A stretch of DNA of 19,177 nt. Origin: Pseudobdellovibrionaceae bacterium. GTDB lineage: Bacteria; Bdellovibrionota; Bdellovibrionia; Bdellovibrionales; Bdellovibrionaceae. The stretch's first letter is position 1, and the number at the start of each line of letters is the position of its first letter. The translations under genes and the position numbers were made by a program. The notes below the pieces were generated by a model. That model ran no database searches, had not been told where the DNA came from, and saw only the letters and a list, made by a program, of their open reading frames with translations. The stretch covers positions 1 to 19,177 of the forward strand of contig JBGGMM010000027.1 of NCBI GenBank assembly GCA_041288045.1, in the 5' to 3' direction. Of the stretch, positions 15,219 to 19,177 are shown in pieces.

Positions 15219-16448
15219 ATGCGATCCGCATTTCGAGAATTTCGTTCTGTGATCAATCTCACCGTCTTGGTGGCTGGTCTCGGCTATTTTGTGGATCTTT
15301 TTGATATCACTCTTTTTGGAGTGGTTCGAGTGAGCTCCCTCGTGGATTTGGGAGTCACTCAGCCCGAAGAAATTTTAAATCAGGGCCTTTTCATCTACAA
15401 CTGCCAGATGGCGGGAATGATGATTGGTGGACTTCTGTGGGGAATTCTTGCGGATCGAAAGGGCCGTCTGTCAGTGATGTTTGGCTCCATTCTTCTGTAT
15501 TCGATCGCCAATCTTGCCAACGCTTTTGTCACTGATGTTTCAGGCTACGCTCTTTGCCGGTTCTTTGGTGGCTTAGGACTTGCTGGAGAATTGGGGGCAG
15601 CAATCACTCTGGTCGCAGAGTCTTTACCCAAAGAAAAACGCGGCTTGGGAACCACTGTTGTCGCCACTCTTGGAATGCTGGGGATTGTGGCAGCTGCACT
15701 GATTGCGCAACAAGTTCCCTGGAAATGGGCTTATCTCATTGGCGGAGTGATGGGACTTTTGCTTTTGTTCACTCGCTTTCGAATTTCAGAATCAGCCCTG
15801 TTTCAAAAAAAGGCGACAGCTGCCGCCATCAACCCACTGCTGCTGCTGACGAAAAAAAGATTCCCTCGCTATTTGGCCTGCATTCTGATTGGCACTCCGA
15901 TTTATTTCACCACCGGAATTCTTTTGACCTTTGCACCTGAGCTGACCAAGGGCCTTGATGTCAAAGGCGTGGTCACAGCAGGCAACGCCATTCTTTTTGG
16001 CTCTTTGGGATTGTCATTAGGGGATCTTCTGTCGGGACTTCTGAGCCAGTGGCTGAAAAGCCGAAAAAAAGCCATCGCGCTTTGTTTGATCAGTGGTTTT
16101 GCATTGATGCTGATCTATGGGCTGGTTCCTGCTCTGAGCAGCGAGACGATTTATTTTCTCAATTTCTGCATTGGCCTCACAGTCGGATACTGGGCCGTTT
16201 TGATCACCATGGCGGCCGAACAGTTTGGAACCAATATTCGGGCCACTGTCGCCACCACAGTTCCCAACTTTGTGCGAGGCTCGGCAGTTTTCGCAGCCAG
16301 TGGATTTGCCGCTTTGAAAAATCACCTCTCAGTCCCTAGCGCCGCTCTCTTGGTTGGCAGCATTTGCTTTGGCCTGGCGCTTCTTTCGCTCACTCTGTTG
16401 GATGAGACTTTCCACCGCGATTTGGATTTTGAAGAGTCCTCTCTTTAA
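15219..16448 (+). CDS. MFS transporter
   Basis: About 12 hydrophobic segments; MFS motif A GILADRKGRL, RFFGGLGLAGE, AESLPKEKRG, AEQFGTNIRAT. Confidence 0.93.
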   Translation: MRSAFREFRSVINLTVLVAGLGYFVDLFDITLFGVVRVSSLVDLGVTQPEEILNQGLFIYNCQMAGMMIGGLLWGILADRKGRLSVMFGSILLYSIANLANAFVTDVSGYALCRFFGGLGLAGELGAAITLVAESLPKEKRGLGTTVVATLGMLGIVAAALIAQQVPWKWAYLIGGVMGLLLLFTRFRISESALFQKKATAAAINPLLLLTKKRFPRYLACILIGTPIYFTTGILLTFAPELTKGLDVKGVVTAGNAILFGSLGLSLGDLLSGLLSQWLKSRKKAIALCLISGFALMLIYGLVPALSSETIYFLNFCIGLTVGYWAVLITMAAEQFGTNIRATVATTVPNFVRGSAVFAASGFAALKNHLSVPSAALLVGSICFGLALLSLTLLDETFHRDLDFEESSL

Positions 16449-17674
16449 GGGGGAGACACTTTCCAAATCGAACCTCCATCAGTGGCGATGTAAAGATCCC
16501 CATCAGGACTCTGCACCAGCGAGCGCATGCGGGCCGATGGAAGATTCGCAAACGAAGTTCCAACCAAAGCCCCTGATGCATTCAAGTGCAGAACTTGCAG
16601 CTTTCCACTTCCCATAATTCCCACCAAGAGATTGCCATTCCAATTCTTCCACTGAGATCCAGTGATGTAAGTGCAAGGACCCATCCCGGCTGAATCCGCA
16701 TTTCTTAAAAGTGGACTCATGGCTGTCGGAAAGGCTTCTAGATCGGTCATCGAAGTCAGCCTTCCTTCGAGATTGTTTGAAATGTATCCACAATAATTAT
16801 CTGCACAGCTCACTCCGGCTTGAGGCTTCGGATCCCAGCCTCCATTACCACCGGCTGTCAGCACTGTGACCTCATCACTGTGACCAGGCCCGTGCTCTGA
16901 GATGGTGACGCTGCCATTTTGTGGATGAAAAGAAATCCCCTGCACATTGCGGTGGCCATAGGTAAAAATCCTTGGATCGCCCCCACTCGGAGTCTGATTT
17001 GCCGCAACTGCTGCTCCATTGCGATCCACTCGAAGCACTTTGCCACCAAGCTTTTTTAAATCTTGGGGAAGAGATCCGTTGTGATTGTCACCTGTGGTGA
17101 CATAAAGAAACCCGTCGGGTCCAAAGCGAATGCGACCTCCACTGTGAGAGCCAGCCCCGCCCCAGGAATTCCCAGAATTCTTAAATGGAATGTCGTTGAT
17201 AATGTCCGTTCGACTGGTCACTGTTGAAAACTGAGAATCCAAAACCAGTTTCACCACTCGGTTGGTCGAGGGACTGGAAAGCTTTGACGGCATGTACACA
17301 TAGAGTGTTCGATTGCTGGCAAAATCAGGATCCAACGCCAATCCATTCATTCCCGACTGTCCTTGACAGAAAAAATCCGAAGCGACAACGGCAGATCCAG
17401 AAGAGCCAAAAATTCTTTTGATCTGACCATTGCTTCTTCGAACCGAGAGACCTCGGCATTTTTCAGTGAAGAAAACCTGCCCATCGCCGGCAAAAGCCAA
17501 ATCCCAAGGATTATTGAGACCGGTCATAAAATCACTGCGGACGAGCTCTGGGGCTTCGGCTGAAAGATTGCCGTCATCGTCATTGTCACTGGCGAGCGCA
17601 CTGGCATCTTCTTCCCGACAGGCCGGAAGCAAAAAACTCAGACAAAGAATCATGAATGTAAAATGGGCTTTCAT
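16445..17674 (-). CDS. PQQ-dependent glucose/sorbosone (aldose sugar) dehydrogenase family lipoprotein
   Basis: GLNNPWDLAF, GLALDPDF, HSGGRIRFGPDGFLYVTTGD, GKVLR, YGHRNVQG, EHGP..DE; lipobox LPAC; GGAGG SD before ATG 17674. Confidence 0.92.
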   Translation of the reverse strand: MKAHFTFMILCLSFLLPACREEDASALASDNDDDGNLSAEAPELVRSDFMTGLNNPWDLAFAGDGQVFFTEKCRGLSVRRSNGQIKRIFGSSGSAVVASDFFCQGQSGMNGLALDPDFASNRTLYVYMPSKLSSPSTNRVVKLVLDSQFSTVTSRTDIINDIPFKNSGNSWGGAGSHSGGRIRFGPDGFLYVTTGDNHNGSLPQDLKKLGGKVLRVDRNGAAVAANQTPSGGDPRIFTYGHRNVQGISFHPQNGSVTISEHGPGHSDEVTVLTAGGNGGWDPKPQAGVSCADNYCGYISNNLEGRLTSMTDLEAFPTAMSPLLRNADSAGMGPCTYITGSQWKNWNGNLLVGIMGSGKLQVLHLNASGALVGTSFANLPSARMRSLVQSPDGDLYIATDGGSIWKVSPP

Positions 17675-17907
17675 AAAGACCTCCAAAACACTTCAAATCC
17701 AATCACAGCCCTTTGGATCTTCATAGAGAAAAAACCGAGAAAGAAATCCTTGAGCCTCGCGGCGAATTTTCTCTTTTCAAAATACAAATTGGCGCAAACG
17801 ATCATGTGATCCCTTGTTTTTTAAAACAGGCCCTCGCAACTTTCTTTGCATCTCAATGTAAAGTGCTAGCGTTGGAAATAGCACTCACTGAAGAGGGAGG
17901 AAATCCT

Positions 17908-18210
17908 ATGGATTATGAAGATCAATACGAACAAGAATTGATTCACCGGCGAACCCCTGGTTTTTTTCTGGGATGCGCCTATGGATTGATTGCAGGATCA
18001 GTTCTCACTTTTTTAATGGACCCGGTCCGAGGTCGCAGACGAAGAGCCCTTTTGCGAGATCAGGCCATTCATTTACAGAAAATCTCGCAGCGTTATTGGC
18101 ATCAGAAGGCAATTCACTTTCGCAATTTGCAAAAGGGCTGGGAGGCTCGCTCGACCAAATCACAATCCCCGTCTTCGTCGGATTCCTATATCAATCCAAA
18201 TGATTTTTAG
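17908..18210 (+). CDS. YtxH-like small membrane-anchored protein (100 aa; start revised from 17713)
   Basis: GGGAGG SD before ATG 17908; GFFLGCAYGLIAGSVLTFLMDPVRGRRRRALLRD matches the YtxH pattern of a hydrophobic helix followed by P-x-x-G and basic residues. Confidence 0.8.
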   Translation: MDYEDQYEQELIHRRTPGFFLGCAYGLIAGSVLTFLMDPVRGRRRRALLRDQAIHLQKISQRYWHQKAIHFRNLQKGWEARSTKSQSPSSSDSYINPNDF

Positions 18211-18273
18211 TTCGATCCAGAAAAGGGACAGATGAGCCATCCCCCCAGGTCTCTCTGCGAATTTCTGAGATCA

Positions 18274-18311
18274 AAATCAAAAGCCGACTTTTTTAAGTCG
18301 GCTTTTGATTT
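18274..18311. terminator. Bidirectional intrinsic terminator
   Basis: Perfect 17-bp inverted repeat AAATCAAAAGCCGACTT-TTTT-AAGTCGGCTTTTGATTT between convergent genes. Confidence 0.85.
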
Positions 18312-18339
18312 CGACAGGATCATAAACAGTCGGATTATC

Positions 18340-18519
18340 TTATCTGTTCATTGATCCTGATGAAGGAACGTCTTGTTGGCCTCTTTGAGATTGATCACTT
18401 TGTTGACCAACTTGACCCTTTTGATTTGAGATATCAGCGTTTTTTGAATCTGTTGTTCCAAATTGATCGCTGTTTGATTTTGGTGCCTGATTCTGTTGGT
18501 TTTGATTTTGAGTTGCCAT
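18340..18519 (-). CDS. Small Gln/Asn/Ser-rich hydrophilic protein (59 aa), not in the ORF track
   Basis: AGGAGGT SD, then ATG at 18519; MATQNQNQQNQAPKSNSDQFGTTDSKNADISNQKGQVGQQSDQSQRGQQDVPSSGSMNR*; ends just before the terminator. Confidence 0.75.
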   Translation of the reverse strand: MATQNQNQQNQAPKSNSDQFGTTDSKNADISNQKGQVGQQSDQSQRGQQDVPSSGSMNR

Positions 18520-18780
18520 AAGGACCTCCTAAAAGTTGTGAAAAAAGAACCTGTGCTGGGGTGATCCTGTCTCACCTTGATCTTTTCTTTATGCATTTCC
18601 CATGCAAGCCAAACAAGCTCATAAGCCAAGCTTATTCTTGTTCTTATTTTTCGAAGTGGAACTCTGACTCTAAATCCGCCAATTGACAGGGTCAGACTTC
18701 CCGGAAGAATCATTGATAAATGACAGCTCTTCATTTTTCACAATTTTGATTAAAATAAAACAGAAATCAGGAGGTGAAGC

Positions 18781-18909
18781 ATGTCTGAAAATGCAGTGAA
18801 CAAGCAGAAAGAGCCATCTGGTCCCGTATCCAAGACACCCTCACAAAAACCCAAACCTCAACAGGATCAGGAACCAACAATAATTGAAGGCGGCTCCAGC
18901 GAAGATTGA
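18781..18909 (+). CDS. Small hydrophilic protein (42 aa), not in the ORF track
   Basis: AGGAGGTGA SD directly upstream; MSENAVNKQKEPSGPVSKTPSQKPKPQQDQEPTIIEGGSSED*; hairpin starts right after the stop. Confidence 0.65.
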   Translation: MSENAVNKQKEPSGPVSKTPSQKPKPQQDQEPTIIEGGSSED

Positions 18910-18975
18910 ATTTGAGCTTCTGTGAAAACCAAATCTCACAGAAGCTCAAATGCCAGAGAAAAAATATTTTTCTCT
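18910..18975. terminator. Two tandem hairpins between convergent genes
   Basis: ATTTGAGCTTCTGTGA-10 nt-TCACAGAAGCTCAAAT (16 bp, 18910-18951), then AGAGAAAAA-ATA-TTTTTCTCT (18955-18975). Confidence 0.6.
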
Positions 18976-19177
18976 AGCTATTCATTCGGCGTGAAGAAGA
19001 TTGACTGGATTTGCTGCTCTTTGCTGAAGATCGGTCGCGAGATCCGACATTTTGTGAGCGGGCTGATGATGCCGAGCTTCGAGTGAATTCAGCACTTAAC
19101 TCCGGAGCAATTCCCTGGGCCATCACTCGCAATTCATTCTGCACATCTTGAACACCATTGACGTTTTCAGCAAGATC
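18974..19177 (-). CDS. 3' end of a BON-domain (OsmY-like) protein, truncated by the window edge
   Basis: Open frame from the window end reads DLAENVNGVQDVQNELRV, typical of a BON-domain C-terminus, then a Ser/Arg-rich tail to TAG at 18976-18974. Confidence 0.75.
   Translation of the reverse strand, partial: DLAENVNGVQDVQNELRVMAQGIAPELSAEFTRSSASSARSQNVGSRDRSSAKSSKSSQSSSRRMNS

Noticed and set aside
17713..17907. N-terminal extension of the YtxH-like ORF
   Set aside because: TTG start without an SD that spans the divergent promoter region; a strong SD precedes ATG 17908
18348..18734. 128-aa minus-strand ORF in the track
   Set aside because: No SD and implausible composition; the out-of-frame 59-aa ORF with AGGAGG explains the region better
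1..19177. CRISPR array, tRNA, rRNA or prophage genes
   Set aside because: No regularly spaced direct repeats, tRNA/rRNA-like sequence or phage hallmark proteins were recognised by eye

Overview
A roughly 45% GC bacterial chromosomal window. The gene style suggests a Bdellovibrionota-like organism (inference only). Left (33-3923): six consecutive small or medium hypothetical genes, each with an N-terminal signal peptide. Centre (4077-11995): a five-gene, translationally coupled operon in mirror order: STAS-like protein, RsbW/SpoIIAB-like GHKL ATPase, a ~1750-aa Ser/Thr kinase + STAND-type ATPase + helical region + GAF + SpoIIE/PP2C phosphatase, a second GHKL ATPase, and a second STAS-like protein with a CxxC...CxxC motif. 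This looks like a duplicated partner-switching circuit with no sigma factor in the window, and is the most interesting element. Right: a solitary Y1 HUH (IS200/RAYT-like) transposase, msrB, two orphan receiver-domain proteins, an MFS transporter, a PQQ-dependent sugar dehydrogenase lipoprotein, and a stress-type cluster. That cluster holds a YtxH-like gene, two small hydrophilic ORFs missed by the ORF track, and the 3' end of a BON-domain gene. No rRNA, tRNA or CRISPR array was seen.
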